From contig CATNEN010000001.1 of assembly GCA_950097015.1 (NCBI GenBank), forward strand, positions 5,208,001 to 5,272,000: a DNA stretch of 64,000 bases, given 5' to 3'. The notes under the pieces were generated by a model. That model had not been told where the DNA came from, did no database searches, and saw only the letters and a program-made list of their open reading frames with translations. The number at the start of each line of letters is the position of its first letter. Position 1 is the first letter of the stretch. The DNA is from Macrostomum hystrix. Lineage: Eukaryota > Animalia > Platyhelminthes. The position numbers were made by a program, and so were the translations under genes. Positions 49,073-60,544 of the stretch are shown piece by piece.

Positions 49073-51829
49073 ATGGAATCGAACGAAATCCAGCTTGAGT
49101 CTAATTTATCAACGGCAATTTCTCCGCCAACGTCATCTGCGGCACCGCCTCAGCCCAACGTGCCACCTGATGAGAAAGATTCAGACCAGCTGAAACATTT
49201 CGATCAGCAGCGGGAGCTTGAAGAGAAAGAGCCCGACCAAGAACATGAGACTTGCGCCTGTGTACCTGCTGGTACATCGGCCGCGATCGATTCTCAGCCG
49301 CAAGCTTATCAACACCTCGGAGCTGCTCCGAGCGTACAAGATTTGCGCCGATGCCTGGAGACACGCCTGTGCCTGCCGCCTGTAGCGCTGCGCATTGAAA
49401 CTGTCACACCTAGCGAGAGAGAGGGCGCTACAGAGCGTGGCTGCCCCGCTGCTAAGTGGGTGCTGCGTCGAAGCGGCGAGCAGGAAAAGTTTCTGGCTCT
49501 TGTTCGCGTCCGTCCCGGCCATGCTTGCGCCACAGCCGTGATTGTGGTGGCTCTGGTAAGCTGGGAGGGCATCCCGAGGACCTTGGCAGACCAGACGTTT
49601 GACTACCTAGCAAGTGAGCTGCCGCAACGAGGCATGACGATCGAGCGTCGTTGCGCTGCTAATGAAAGTCGCACCTGCGGCTGCCAGGGCTTCGATGAGG
49701 CCACCTGCGGTGCCTCTTACAGCTTTGGCTGTTCATGGAGCATGTTCCACAATGCCTGCAAATTCGCTCGGACTCGAGAGCAGGCGCGAAAGTTTCGTTT
49801 GCGTTCGCCAGAAACTGAAACTGAGCTGGCCGCAAAACTGAACTGCCTGGCCGATGTTGCGGGCCGGGTGCTGGAGACCGCCGCTCCGGATGCATTTCAA
49901 GCACAGGTGCGCGATTCGATCCTCGCCACCGATTGTCGTTTGGGATGCGAGACGCCTCTCGAAAAGCGACCATTTAGCGGCGTCACAGCCTGTCTTGACT
50001 TCTGCATGCATGCGCACAAGGATTCCTTTGCCCTAGACGGAGGCTGTAACGTGGTAGTGACACTAGTCGACAGTCGATCATCAGACGAGCAACTCCACGT
50101 TCTTCCTGGTTACATACCCGCCAAGGTCGACGAGTTGGGCTCTGAGACCGGTCAAAGGGAGAGAATCTCGCGTGGCTTTATCCAATCTCTTCGCAACGTC
50201 AGCTTGGTTACTCGAGTTCGAGGCACACCGCTAGCTCCATGCGCCATTCGAAAGAAAGTGAAGAAAACGGCTCAGCAGCAACAGCAGCAAATTCAGGCGC
50301 AGCAGAAGCCGCAGCAGCTAGCTCAAAAACATCTTCAGCATCAGAAGTCGGGAAGGGCCGCAACAGCGAAGGAGGAACATTCCCCTGCAAGTATAGACAG
50401 CGGCTTTGAGTCAATTAAGAGCAATCGAAGCCCGGACAAGGATGAGCAGCAGCACCAGAGCCCTCCAGTGGCTGCCCCGGCCGTATCTGTTAGCATTCTG
50501 CCACCCATTGCCTCGTGGTTCCGAAAGTCGGCTACACAGTGGATACCACCACAGCAGCAAATTCAAAGACAACATCCGATGCAGCATCAGCACGCTCACA
50601 TGATGCCTTTGGCGCCTCCATCTGCGCCTCCGACGCAACTGGGACAGCAACTTCTGCCGTCACCGCAGATGCCGCAGTCCGCAACTGGCTATCCTGATAC
50701 TAGAGGCGTCGGCAGCGAGAATCCGCTTCAGCAGCAGCACTTTGCTCAGCGCATGCAACAGCAGACAAACGGCAATCGACCTGATCCACGGGTGTCTTTC
50801 AATCCACAGGGCACTGGTGCAGAATTTACGCATCCGCATCCGCCTCCTCCACCATCTCAACCTTCGCCACAGCAGCAGCTGCAGCATCATCAGCACAGCT
50901 ATCAACAAACGGGTGCAAGACCAATGCCCCAGTATCCGCCGCAACAGCATCAGTACCCAGGTTACATGCCAAGATATCCCGCGGACCATCAAGTCCATCA
51001 GTATCCGGGCGGCTATCCTGGCAATCACTGGCGACCACAGCATCCAAATGGAAGCTACTACAGCCAGCACCAGCAGTTCAGGGGTCAGCTACCACCCGCC
51101 TATCGGCAATATCCATATCCAGCTTATCCACAGCAGCCAATGCAGCATCAGGCATATGATATCGATTATTCAAATCATCAGAAATACTATTCTCAGAACC
51201 CGCATCAGCAGCAACACCAGCAGCCTTACTCGCAATATTATCCACAATATCCTGGACAGAATCAGAACCAGCAGTCTCAAAGTCAGCTGCAGCTTCAACA
51301 GCAGCCTAACAACAACAATTATCCGAATCAACCTTTGATGGAGCAGTCACAGCAACATCAGCAACTGCTGCAGCAGCTGCAGCAAAAACAGCAGCAGCAG
51401 CCGCTACCTCAACAGCAGCAACAACAAAAACAACAGCCCTCTACGCAGACTACGAAGCGACGAAGCAGCGAATCAATGTTTTCGGAGACAAGCAAAGGCT
51501 CCTCAGGCGATCGTGAATTTTTATCAGACTGCGCTGAACTATTTAGAGACGAGCGCATGGGAGGCCTGGCCATCGCTCTTACTCACGGCTCCGTCCTGAT
51601 CGAAGCTGCCAAGCACGACAGTCACGCGTCGACTTCATTGCGCCGACCGAACAGGAACCATCCGACCAACCTCAGCCTGGTGTTCTTCCAGCACAAGAGC
51701 CTGAGCTACGCGCACCACGGCTACAATGAGTACGCTGAAAAGATGCGCCTGCTGCGGCTGCGCAGAGCTGAGAACACGGAGGCCAAGTCCGACGCCGCTG
51801 CCAGACCAGTGAAGCTTGAGGACAAATGA
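49073..51829 (+). CDS. TET: TET-family methylcytosine dioxygenase homolog (intronless ORF, 918 aa)
   Basis: Cys-rich region (YQHLGAAP, GCPAAKWVLRR, GHAC, RRCAANESRTCGCQG, CGASYSFGCSWSM). Split DSBH domain: RPFSGVTACLDFCMHAHKD and DEQLHVLP, then a Q/P-rich insert, then GGLAIALTHGSVLIEAAKHDSHAST...PNRNHPTNLSLVFFQHKSL. No CXXC domain seen. Confidence 0.95.
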   Translation: MESNEIQLESNLSTAISPPTSSAAPPQPNVPPDEKDSDQLKHFDQQRELEEKEPDQEHETCACVPAGTSAAIDSQPQAYQHLGAAPSVQDLRRCLETRLCLPPVALRIETVTPSEREGATERGCPAAKWVLRRSGEQEKFLALVRVRPGHACATAVIVVALVSWEGIPRTLADQTFDYLASELPQRGMTIERRCAANESRTCGCQGFDEATCGASYSFGCSWSMFHNACKFARTREQARKFRLRSPETETELAAKLNCLADVAGRVLETAAPDAFQAQVRDSILATDCRLGCETPLEKRPFSGVTACLDFCMHAHKDSFALDGGCNVVVTLVDSRSSDEQLHVLPGYIPAKVDELGSETGQRERISRGFIQSLRNVSLVTRVRGTPLAPCAIRKKVKKTAQQQQQQIQAQQKPQQLAQKHLQHQKSGRAATAKEEHSPASIDSGFESIKSNRSPDKDEQQHQSPPVAAPAVSVSILPPIASWFRKSATQWIPPQQQIQRQHPMQHQHAHMMPLAPPSAPPTQLGQQLLPSPQMPQSATGYPDTRGVGSENPLQQQHFAQRMQQQTNGNRPDPRVSFNPQGTGAEFTHPHPPPPPSQPSPQQQLQHHQHSYQQTGARPMPQYPPQQHQYPGYMPRYPADHQVHQYPGGYPGNHWRPQHPNGSYYSQHQQFRGQLPPAYRQYPYPAYPQQPMQHQAYDIDYSNHQKYYSQNPHQQQHQQPYSQYYPQYPGQNQNQQSQSQLQLQQQPNNNNYPNQPLMEQSQQHQQLLQQLQQKQQQQPLPQQQQQQKQQPSTQTTKRRSSESMFSETSKGSSGDREFLSDCAELFRDERMGGLAIALTHGSVLIEAAKHDSHASTSLRRPNRNHPTNLSLVFFQHKSLSYAHHGYNEYAEKMRLLRLRRAENTEAKSDAAARPVKLEDK

Positions 51830-54296
51830 GACTTGAAGGCTGAAGCCAATTCAAAGCCAATTTGACCTGTCTACTTCAAGTTTATTAGAAGAAAAAGAGT
51901 TTCGCCTCCAGTTTTTATTGTTCTATTTTGAATGATGTGCTTCTGTTAATAAAAAACGTGTAATGCAATCCCCTTTATAATACATGCAGTCTCTTTATCA
52001 TTGTATGAATTCCATTGTTCACCCACTTGATTCCCCTATTTATCTACCCAGAACCATTCTGTATAAGACTCGCAAATTCCTTTTTATGCTGTTGTTTTTC
52101 TGCTTATCTACAACTCATTCCCATGTTTCGACTCACAACGACTCGTGGCCTCGTGGCGAAAGTTTCATAATGTACTTTGATATTTTTAATTTTCTTTAAA
52201 TAATCATTAAGTTACTGGCAAAAATAGGAGTGGTGTGAGCGACTTTTGGATTAAAAAACGACCTAAGCGTTAAAATTTAGATATTAAAACAACTTGAAGC
52301 ATATTTATTTATTTTATAAATTTCTGAACATTCATTGTGATGCGTATTGATTTTTTGCTATGAACTGTTTATTTTTTCTGACAATGCCGAGCTGCTTCCC
52401 CCAGAAAACAAATTCAGCGTCTCCTCCTCTGGTGACAGGAATTTATTGTATGCTTCACCATGCATCTTTGCTCAGCTATTTATAAATTAAAAGTTTATTT
52501 TTTTCTACCTAATTTGCCTCTGTTGGCTGTAAAAGTTTTCAATTTTTCGTCCGCTATTTTTGCACCGCGCTGATCACAGTCAGTGCCCGTAAAAACACAA
52601 GATTTTGGCCATCGATACTCATTGTTTTCTTTAACTTTCTGCCAGCTCAAAGCCACACGTTGCAATATTATTGTCGTTGTGCGAATATTGTGCTTCACTA
52701 TTGTTAAACAGTGTCTGATTATCGTACAGATTAGGTCAGTCGTATTTTTTTTCACCTGTTGATTCGCATCTGAATAGATTTTTTGCTCTTGTTTGTTTTA
52801 CTTTTCGTTCACAATAATTGTTTGTGAGCTTGCTGCACAATGCTCCTAACAATTAATTTAAGTTCCATCGTCATATTTTCAAAATTTCATTGTCTCTTTG
52901 TTCTTGTAGAATGTATTGGCTCCTTCTAATAAGATTTCCCAGTGGCCACTAATTTTTTATTAACCCTTCAAGCGACTTCTAAAACTCATCGATTCTATTT
53001 GATCAGAGTTTTGGTCTGGGCAGGACTGTTATTGCAACATTCCTTTCCTCCATTTGGTCAGTAATTTTAGTGGAAAGCTTTTTATCGTACGAGTCGTCGA
53101 AAATCGCGCAATACTCACACTAAATATTGTTTTGATTCGGTCATACCTCGTTTTTGAAGCGCTGAAATGTTTTTTATTTAGGCTGAAGCAGAAAAACCGA
53201 AACTAAAGTTTCCCACCCTTGTGTTATTTTCTTCAAGAAATCTTATTTTGCGTTTTTGTCGCTTCGAATAGGCAATAACCATAGGATAAGTTGCTTGGAA
53301 TGCAGAGTAAAAAGAAACTTGTAATTTGTTTTTGTTATGTATAAAATCACATCTAATAGTAAACTGTGAGTTTCTCGCAATAAAATAGATGAAAATCAGC
53401 GGATCGCTTGTCAAGATGATTGGCATAGACACGACTGTTTTATTTATCGAGAAAAGCACCTATAAAACATGCCACACTACTGAAATGAGTAGCGATCTTT
53501 TCAAATTTAAATATGATTACGCGATAATTCATGAATTACACATTCAAATCCAGCCGATGGACTTCTACGCAAAAAATCTAATCGTACGATGCTATAGATA
53601 CTGAAGTCCATGGTCAGCCAGGCTGACCTGATAGATACTTCCTGGCCAGCCAATAGTCTATGGCACCAACTGCCCAGTCGCAACTTTTAATTCGAAACTT
53701 GGTGATGACGTCACTGCTCATTGCTGAATTCTTTACAAGACGGCCTGCTTTGGCTAAAGTGTCGTTATAAAAACATGCTCAAATATTCAACAACTTGAGA
53801 CTTGTTGAGTATGACAGCTTAGAAACTTGAGGCTTGTAAAGCATAGTTTTTCGTTTCACATTATTGCTTTAGGCAACCAGTTAGGAGTTGAGACCAAGGG
53901 CGAATAAATTTCTTGGCAGAAGTTTTGCGTTAAAATTTTGCGGAATATTTCATAAATATTCTTCTGATCAAGACGTGAATATATTTATTTGAGTTTGCCG
54001 CATGAATTGTCTGTTGTTAATATTTTATATTTTTATAGTTTTCTAACGCATAAGTCAACGAAATGCTTTTACATTTCCGCTTTTCAGTCATCATTACAAG
54101 CTTTTTGCCGGAGTTTAAAGCTTAAAGTTAGCTCAAATAAGCGAAAACTATATCAAGAAAGCGAATAATTTGCTATATAAATCAGAAGAAAACAGACATG
54201 ATAGCAAGTGGGGCAGATAATTTACTGAACTCATAAATATTTTTCTTAGAATCAGTTTATACTGCTTAGTGCGATAGGGTCATTAATATTTCAAGA

Positions 54297-55940
54297 CTAA
54301 ACACTCGCACATCTTACATTATCCATCGACGTCAGCGAAAAATTATTAACAAGATCTTGAACTGTACTAGGAGCCGTCGTTGACTTTCGAGAAACTGCTG
54401 CTTCAACTAGCCGTCTCCTGAATGCGTCAAATACTACGACTGCTAGGTTATGCAGCAGCTCCAGCAGCTCCAGCAGTGACAGAAGCGACATACCTAAAAA
54501 TAGTCCCAGTAGGCCACCAATGTCCGCGATCAACGAGTTGAACCTGTACGCTAGAGAGAGCAGAACCTCCTGGCTCTTGCGCGACTTGGCTACCAACTCC
54601 AGTTGCAGAAGCGACCTCTGGGCCTCCTCTGTTGTGCTATTGTGGACCAGTTGTACAAGACTTGGACTATCTAGACTAGGGCTGAATTCCAAGACAGTTG
54701 GTCGCAAAAATTCTTCCCACACCCTAGTGGAAGGCCAGCCGCTTGCCGAGTGCTTGTAGCTGTACTGCCTGTTTCGACAGGGTGCTTCTCGATCGCACTT
54801 CTCCCTAGCTGCATCCTGCACGGATGCCAACAAGATCATTAGGTCGGAGTTGATTATAAATGATGTATTGATTTCGGATAGATTATAGCACGATGGAAGA
54901 GTCCTATACTCCCAGGGAATCAGAATTTGATACAGAGTACAATTGAACCTCTCCAGTGATAGGCGAGAAATCTCTCGGTACCAGCAAACAGCTTGGTTGT
55001 ACTCAAGTGTCTTCATTCCACCAGTGTACGGGTCAACAAATTGAGCAGTGATTTCGCGATTTTTCGGCACACAATGCTCAGGAAAGTCAGTTTCAATGTA
55101 TACTCTATCTTGCATCTCGATCTCAATTAGGTGCTTCTGAGCTGGGCCAACCACCACTTGGGCATCCCATTCGCTGGGATGCTTTCCCTTCGGCGTGAGA
55201 AAAATTCTATAGCCCTCGGAGACTGTGAAGTCGGTACCGTAGTTGAAGTCCCAATCGATGGGTTGCAGGTTTAAAGTCTGACCGTACAGTTCGTGAACGT
55301 CCAGCTCTGAAGCTGTCTCATCAGATTTTGACAATTGAGAATCCAGAAACAGTACTACCTGGACAACATTGCTTGGATTCTGCAAAGCTGAACGATCTTG
55401 CGGTGTGAGGTTAATGGAGAAACAATTAACGAATGCGGGAATGTGAACAATCGAAGCATTATTGTCGTCTTTCCCTGCTATGTAGGCGTATGTGATAGAG
55501 GACAGTCGATGTCCCATGCTGTCGGATAGAAAGCTGTACGGCAGACTGTTGACTAGCCTGATTGCGTAAGAGTCTATAGCAACCTGCGCATCTTCAATAC
55601 TGAAATTTGAAACCGCTTTTCTAGCTAGGCCTCTGTAATGCTTCAGTAGGCTGGCGTCCTCCGTGCTCAGTGAGACAGACAGACTGCCAGATATCGGCTT
55701 CTCATTACAGAAGTACAAATCAGGAAACTCGAAATCCAATTCGTTCTCCGTAAACGTAGCTGCGATTTCTCTACTAGCATACCTGTTGCAGGCGTCATAG
55801 ATACGCGAAACACAATAGCCAAGCGATAATAAAAAGGCAAGCAGCCAGGCTGTTTTCACGGCTGCAGTACGATTACTTGCTAGTCGACCGACCGCATGGA
55901 CTGTAGTCTCGTTCGTGCAGTTCAGTAGAGACGCATGCAT
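54297..55940 (-). CDS. DEG/ENaC (ASIC-like) ion channel subunit, copy 1, intronless
   Basis: First ATG at 55940 (the ORF track starts at an upstream TTG). ETTVHAV, TM1, FEFPDLYFCN, Cys-rich thumb, WPS, TM2 DIGGLLGLFLGMSLLSLLE. Confidence 0.92.
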   Translation of the reverse strand: MHASLLNCTNETTVHAVGRLASNRTAAVKTAWLLAFLLSLGYCVSRIYDACNRYASREIAATFTENELDFEFPDLYFCNEKPISGSLSVSLSTEDASLLKHYRGLARKAVSNFSIEDAQVAIDSYAIRLVNSLPYSFLSDSMGHRLSSITYAYIAGKDDNNASIVHIPAFVNCFSINLTPQDRSALQNPSNVVQVVLFLDSQLSKSDETASELDVHELYGQTLNLQPIDWDFNYGTDFTVSEGYRIFLTPKGKHPSEWDAQVVVGPAQKHLIEIEMQDRVYIETDFPEHCVPKNREITAQFVDPYTGGMKTLEYNQAVCWYREISRLSLERFNCTLYQILIPWEYRTLPSCYNLSEINTSFIINSDLMILLASVQDAAREKCDREAPCRNRQYSYKHSASGWPSTRVWEEFLRPTVLEFSPSLDSPSLVQLVHNSTTEEAQRSLLQLELVAKSRKSQEVLLSLAYRFNSLIADIGGLLGLFLGMSLLSLLELLELLHNLAVVVFDAFRRRLVEAAVSRKSTTAPSTVQDLVNNFSLTSMDNVRCASV

Positions 55941-56647
55941 CTTCGCTGCTAGCAGCAGAAAGTGATTAAAGCGGCAGAGAAGCAAGCAGCGATGAGAATC
56001 TTATCAGATACAATGCCTGCAGTCCCGTGTCCCATAGGTGCTTATCTAGACTATAGCCAATATTTGCCACCACTGATTTCAGAGTTGCACAGCAAACAAT
56101 GCAAATCATCCTTAGACTTCAGGACAGTTGTATGCTTCAGAACTAAGGACTGTAATCAGCAGTGTTTGACGATTTTGCACTCGAAAAAATCGATAAAAAT
56201 CTTTGCTTTTGATTTCTTTCAGCATGTCGCATTACCACTATTATGAGTATCATTTTACATAATTTTAAAAAGGACACAAGACAATTTACTCGTAATACAA
56301 AGAGGAGTAAATCAATTATTTCGGTATCTCTAAATATCAAGAATAAAATATAAAACTCCGGATGAAACAGAGTAACCAATTATTGTCTGCTTTACGAATA
56401 ACTACAAAATCGCATTGAAGTCAACCAACAAGCATAGGACTATTGATTGTCAAAAATAGGAATTGATATTTGCAAGAGTGGCTGTGGGCGAATCCAGCGA
56501 GAAACGATTCTGCCACTGACTCCTGAATACATAAGCACTCAATATGATACTGCGCTGGCAAATCTCACACAGGTGTACATCTGATCTGACTTCTCAGGGA
56601 CGTTGGTGCAAGAGGCAGCAAATTTGATAACTAAAATGTGTAATTTT

Positions 56648-58294
56648 CTACTTTGGGACTTCCTGTGACACTTTGCTCGGAATACTTGCAACCGTGCTCG
56701 CACTGATGGCAGAGCCTTCCATCTCCATCGTCTTGCTGCCGTTGCTGACGACATTGTTTCTTTCCCGTAGCCGCCGCATGGTGTCCTCGGCACAGCCGTG
56801 CAGCAGCTCCAGCACCTCCAGCAGGGACAGCAGCGACATGCCCAGGAACAGGCCGAGCAGACCGCCGACGTCTGCGATCAGCGAGTTGAAGCTGTAGGCA
56901 AGAGACAACTGGCTCTCCGGACTCATTCGCTCGGCTGCCGAGAGTGACAGCTGAACCATCGAAGCCCTGGCCGCTTCCGTGCTCTTGTTGTACACCAGGT
57001 ACTTGATGCCAGGTATCTCCGCACCATCCGCTCCTATTAAGCTATTTTTCCTCAGGTAGCTGCGAAGAAACTGCTCCCAAGATCGATCAGAAGGCCAGCT
57101 GCTTGAGGAGTACTCATTTGTGTAGGACCTGCTTCGACAGGGCACTTTCCGCTCGCACACTCTCCGTCCCAAATCCAGAATCGCTGCTCTCTTCGAGGTG
57201 AACTCTGCATTCAGCACATAGCTGCCGGAGTATTCAGAAATGTTGAAGCACGAGGGGAGATGCCGGTAGTCCCATGTCAGAGGAGTATGCCAGACGCTAC
57301 AGTTGAATTGTTCCTGCGATAAACGAGCCACCTCAGTGTGGAAGCAAGCCGCGTGGCTGTACTTGTACCTGAGCTTGCCACCTGTGTACGGGTCGAAGTA
57401 GTACGCCATCGCCTCGCTGCTACCATCGCACTGACCAGCAAAGTCGACCTCATTGTACACAATGTCCTGCATCTTTATCACGACTCTGTGTTTCTGCCCA
57501 GGCCCAATAACAAGTTGACTGTTGAATGCGCTTAGGCGCTCGCCTCTGGGAGTGAGGAACACTCGAAACCCGCTGGATATGGTATAGTCCATGCCGTAGT
57601 CAAGGTCCCAGTCAATTGGCTTGAAGTCAACGATAGTATCTGAGTACTGCCGGTTGTCCTCCGTGCTGTTGTCCACTGGTCTAGGTACGGGAGGATCCAG
57701 GAACAGGACGATTTGAATAGTGTTCGTAGGATTCTGTATTGCCGTCCTGTCCTGGGTTGTCAAGTTCAGACTGAAGCAGTTTATATAGAATGGGTCGTGG
57801 AAAATTGTGCCCGTCCATGAATCGGTGCTCTCTGTGTAATAAGTAAGTATTGACGATTGCCGATGGCCCAATTTGTCCGACAGAAACCTGTACGGCAGGC
57901 TGTTCGCTAAGTAAATGCCGTAGTTTTCCAGTGCCATATTGGGGCTACTTATGCCCATAGCTGACACCTTGTTATCAACTAGTCTCTTGTACTGGCTGAG
58001 CAAGCTTGAGTCCTCTGCGCTCAGTGTGACAGAAGTGCTTCCAGAGATGGGATTCTCATTGCAGATGTACACATCCGGGAATTCGAACTGCAGCGCATTG
58101 GCGCGCACGGTTGTGGCCACCTCTTTGCTGACAAATCTCCTGTAGGTGTCGGACACTCGCTGAGTGCAGTAAGAGATTGACATCAGCACTGCTAGCAGCC
58201 AGATCAGCTTGACATATAGACGGCGCTCACCTGCCAGGTGTGCCAACCCGTGCACCGTGGTCTCGGCCAAGTATTGATTAACAGTCGATTGCAT
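56648..58294 (-). CDS. DEG/ENaC ion channel subunit, copy 2, intronless
   Basis: ETTVHGL (HG motif), TM1, FEFPDVYICNEN, WPS, TM2 ADVGGLLGLFLGMSLLSLLE. Confidence 0.94.
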   Translation of the reverse strand: MQSTVNQYLAETTVHGLAHLAGERRLYVKLIWLLAVLMSISYCTQRVSDTYRRFVSKEVATTVRANALQFEFPDVYICNENPISGSTSVTLSAEDSSLLSQYKRLVDNKVSAMGISSPNMALENYGIYLANSLPYRFLSDKLGHRQSSILTYYTESTDSWTGTIFHDPFYINCFSLNLTTQDRTAIQNPTNTIQIVLFLDPPVPRPVDNSTEDNRQYSDTIVDFKPIDWDLDYGMDYTISSGFRVFLTPRGERLSAFNSQLVIGPGQKHRVVIKMQDIVYNEVDFAGQCDGSSEAMAYYFDPYTGGKLRYKYSHAACFHTEVARLSQEQFNCSVWHTPLTWDYRHLPSCFNISEYSGSYVLNAEFTSKRAAILDLGRRVCERKVPCRSRSYTNEYSSSSWPSDRSWEQFLRSYLRKNSLIGADGAEIPGIKYLVYNKSTEAARASMVQLSLSAAERMSPESQLSLAYSFNSLIADVGGLLGLFLGMSLLSLLEVLELLHGCAEDTMRRLRERNNVVSNGSKTMEMEGSAISASTVASIPSKVSQEVPK

Positions 58295-59924
58295 TTCGTA
58301 TTTGAAACTGGACTGTACCGAAAAGAACCTGTTCTTTTTACAATAAAACTTTCTTGAGAGATTTCAACAACGATCAATAAATTAATCCTTTTGTCCAAGC
58401 TTACATGATTGACACTCTTTATATAAGGGCAAGGATTGACCAGTGGTTTCCAGTTTGCGTTTGGGAAAGCATTTGCAGCGTTGCTCATGGCAACGGGCTT
58501 ATACTGTGTACCTATCCTTTCCCTCTCTTTCCTCTCCCTCTACTTTTTCTTTCTCTCCTCTTTAAATTCCCCAGGTTCTAAGCTCAGCCCTCTAATGCAG
58601 TCCCTGCTTTCAGTAGTTATAACATCAGGCATTTTTCCCATGATTTAAACCCGAGCTACTCACTATATAGCGCTTCTGCCGTGTGTTTACTCAAAACTAA
58701 ATTAAGTTAACGACAACTTCGCGACCAGTATCGCATAAAAACGAACAAAACTTTAATATGGTCGATTTGGCCATCAATTTTTTTTTGCTTTTGCATGCGC
58801 TCAGAAAAAAATACAGTTTTACGCACAAAGACTTCGATGTAAGATCTCGAGGTGTCGATATTCTGGACTGACTCTGTCATGGTGTGCACTTGAAGACAGA
58901 CTTCTACTTTCTCGCAATCGCACGGCACACTTCACCAGTTTACACTCGATAGTGCTTACGTATAGCGTGCCTGTCTGAGTGATTCTGCTTAAATTTTTCC
59001 TCTGCCGTCAGAGCTTTTAGTGAAGAACATCTGACTCTGTATTCCATTGCCTTTAAGCATCATATATGCGCACGTTCATAATTAATGACAACTTAAATAC
59101 AGTCGCGTAATTCATTTACTCGTGTAGGTAACAAGTACCTCCTCGAAGTTTTCTATGAGCATGCAGACTTTGCTGGCTTAACATGTGAACTTTAATTACT
59201 ATTACTATGGTAACACACACCCTAGGTCAGTCCAACGAAAATTTTCAATTCTGGACTTAAGTTGCGTCGCTTGCAAGTGAGATGCGAGACAATGTGATGA
59301 CTCTTATTTTGCGGTGTGTACGCAAAACAGGCAGCACGAGTACTGATTAGTGCTTACTAAGAGCAGAATGGTCTTGTTCAAATTCTACAGCTTTTGCCTA
59401 AGCCTGTCCTATACGTTAGGGATATCAATGTTATACGATTATAGCAGGTATACAATTTGAAGATATCTTACTAAATGACTATCTATACGTTTTAAGCAGT
59501 AGTATACAAGGAGTTTTAATTGAACTTTTTTATTTAAGAAACTTTCTGCCTTTTTTATTGTTTCATGCACATTGTCGTCTGTAAAAGAATCAAAAGCATA
59601 CTGATTTAACCACTGATCAATAAGGACGAATTTTCTACTGTCCTAAGACTCATCTTGTCGTTACCTACTATAAAGTAAGGACAGTATGAAGCTTGCAAGC
59701 TATTTAATAAAACTAATCTGCAGTTAGAGAATTGGACTAGTTCACAGTCAGTTATGACTTTCACGAATTGCAACAGTGAGAACATTATTGAAGGAATGAA
59801 TGCGCGATACATTGAACTCGTTGCAATAACCCAAAGGGCAGATAGCAATTTAGCTTCGTAATTTGGCCGACAAAGTATTGCTGCTGCAGAGGAATCACAT
59901 ACCAACAAAACAATTTTTTTACGG

Positions 59925-60161
59925 GAGGGCTGTAGACTGGTACAATAGACCCGCAGCCAGCGAGGAGGCAATTCTGCTCATTTCGCTGACTCCTGAGCAC
60001 ACACGCACACAAATATCGCGTACGCAGACATACGCTCACAGGTGTGCAACAGGTGTTTTCATCTGCACTGACTTTCTCATCGTCAGGCAGTGTACGCTCT
60101 CACTGTGTCTTGGTGGTTGGCCCTCAAGGGCGTAAATTGCACGAAAAGCCTCCAAGCCTTC
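59925..60161 (-). mobile_element. SINE family A, 5'-truncated copy
   Basis: gacccgcagccagcgaggaggcaattctgctcatttcgctgac...actttctcatcgtcaggcagtg matches the family. Confidence 0.85.
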
Positions 60162-60265
60162 TTTGAGTAACGCGTTACTCACTCACCACCGCCCAATATT
60201 AGACAAAAAAATCCGCGAGACTTATATGAATATATAAACATACAAGTATATGAACACACGCACAT

Positions 60266-60544
60266 TATTCTATGGCCTAAACGAGTCCCAGAATCACATA
60301 CTTCGTATCTCTTGTGCTGATACCAAACAGTAAAACTTCGTCTATGGCCAATTTTTGAAGACAACTATGAGCTGTACGCGATGAAATCATGCCAAGGACT
60401 TCTATATAATAACATCTGGACTGGAAGCGAAGAAATACCTATACCTATAATACCTATAGCATGCTATTATATAGAAGTCCTTGAATCATGCAAGTGGTAC
60501 GTATTAATCGTGACGCAACAACGCAATGATTAGGCCATAGAATA
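60266..60544. mobile_element. Putative MITE with 15-bp terminal inverted repeats
   Basis: tattctatggcctaa (60266-60280) and its exact reverse complement ttaggccatagaata (60530-60544) flank a non-coding interior. The outer TA could be a TSD. Confidence 0.55.

Noticed and set aside
52330-53680. Short coding-looking minus-strand fragments and small inverted repeats after TET
   Set aside because: I found no consistent exon chain or recognisable domain. This may be a decayed transposon, but I cannot support that without a search.
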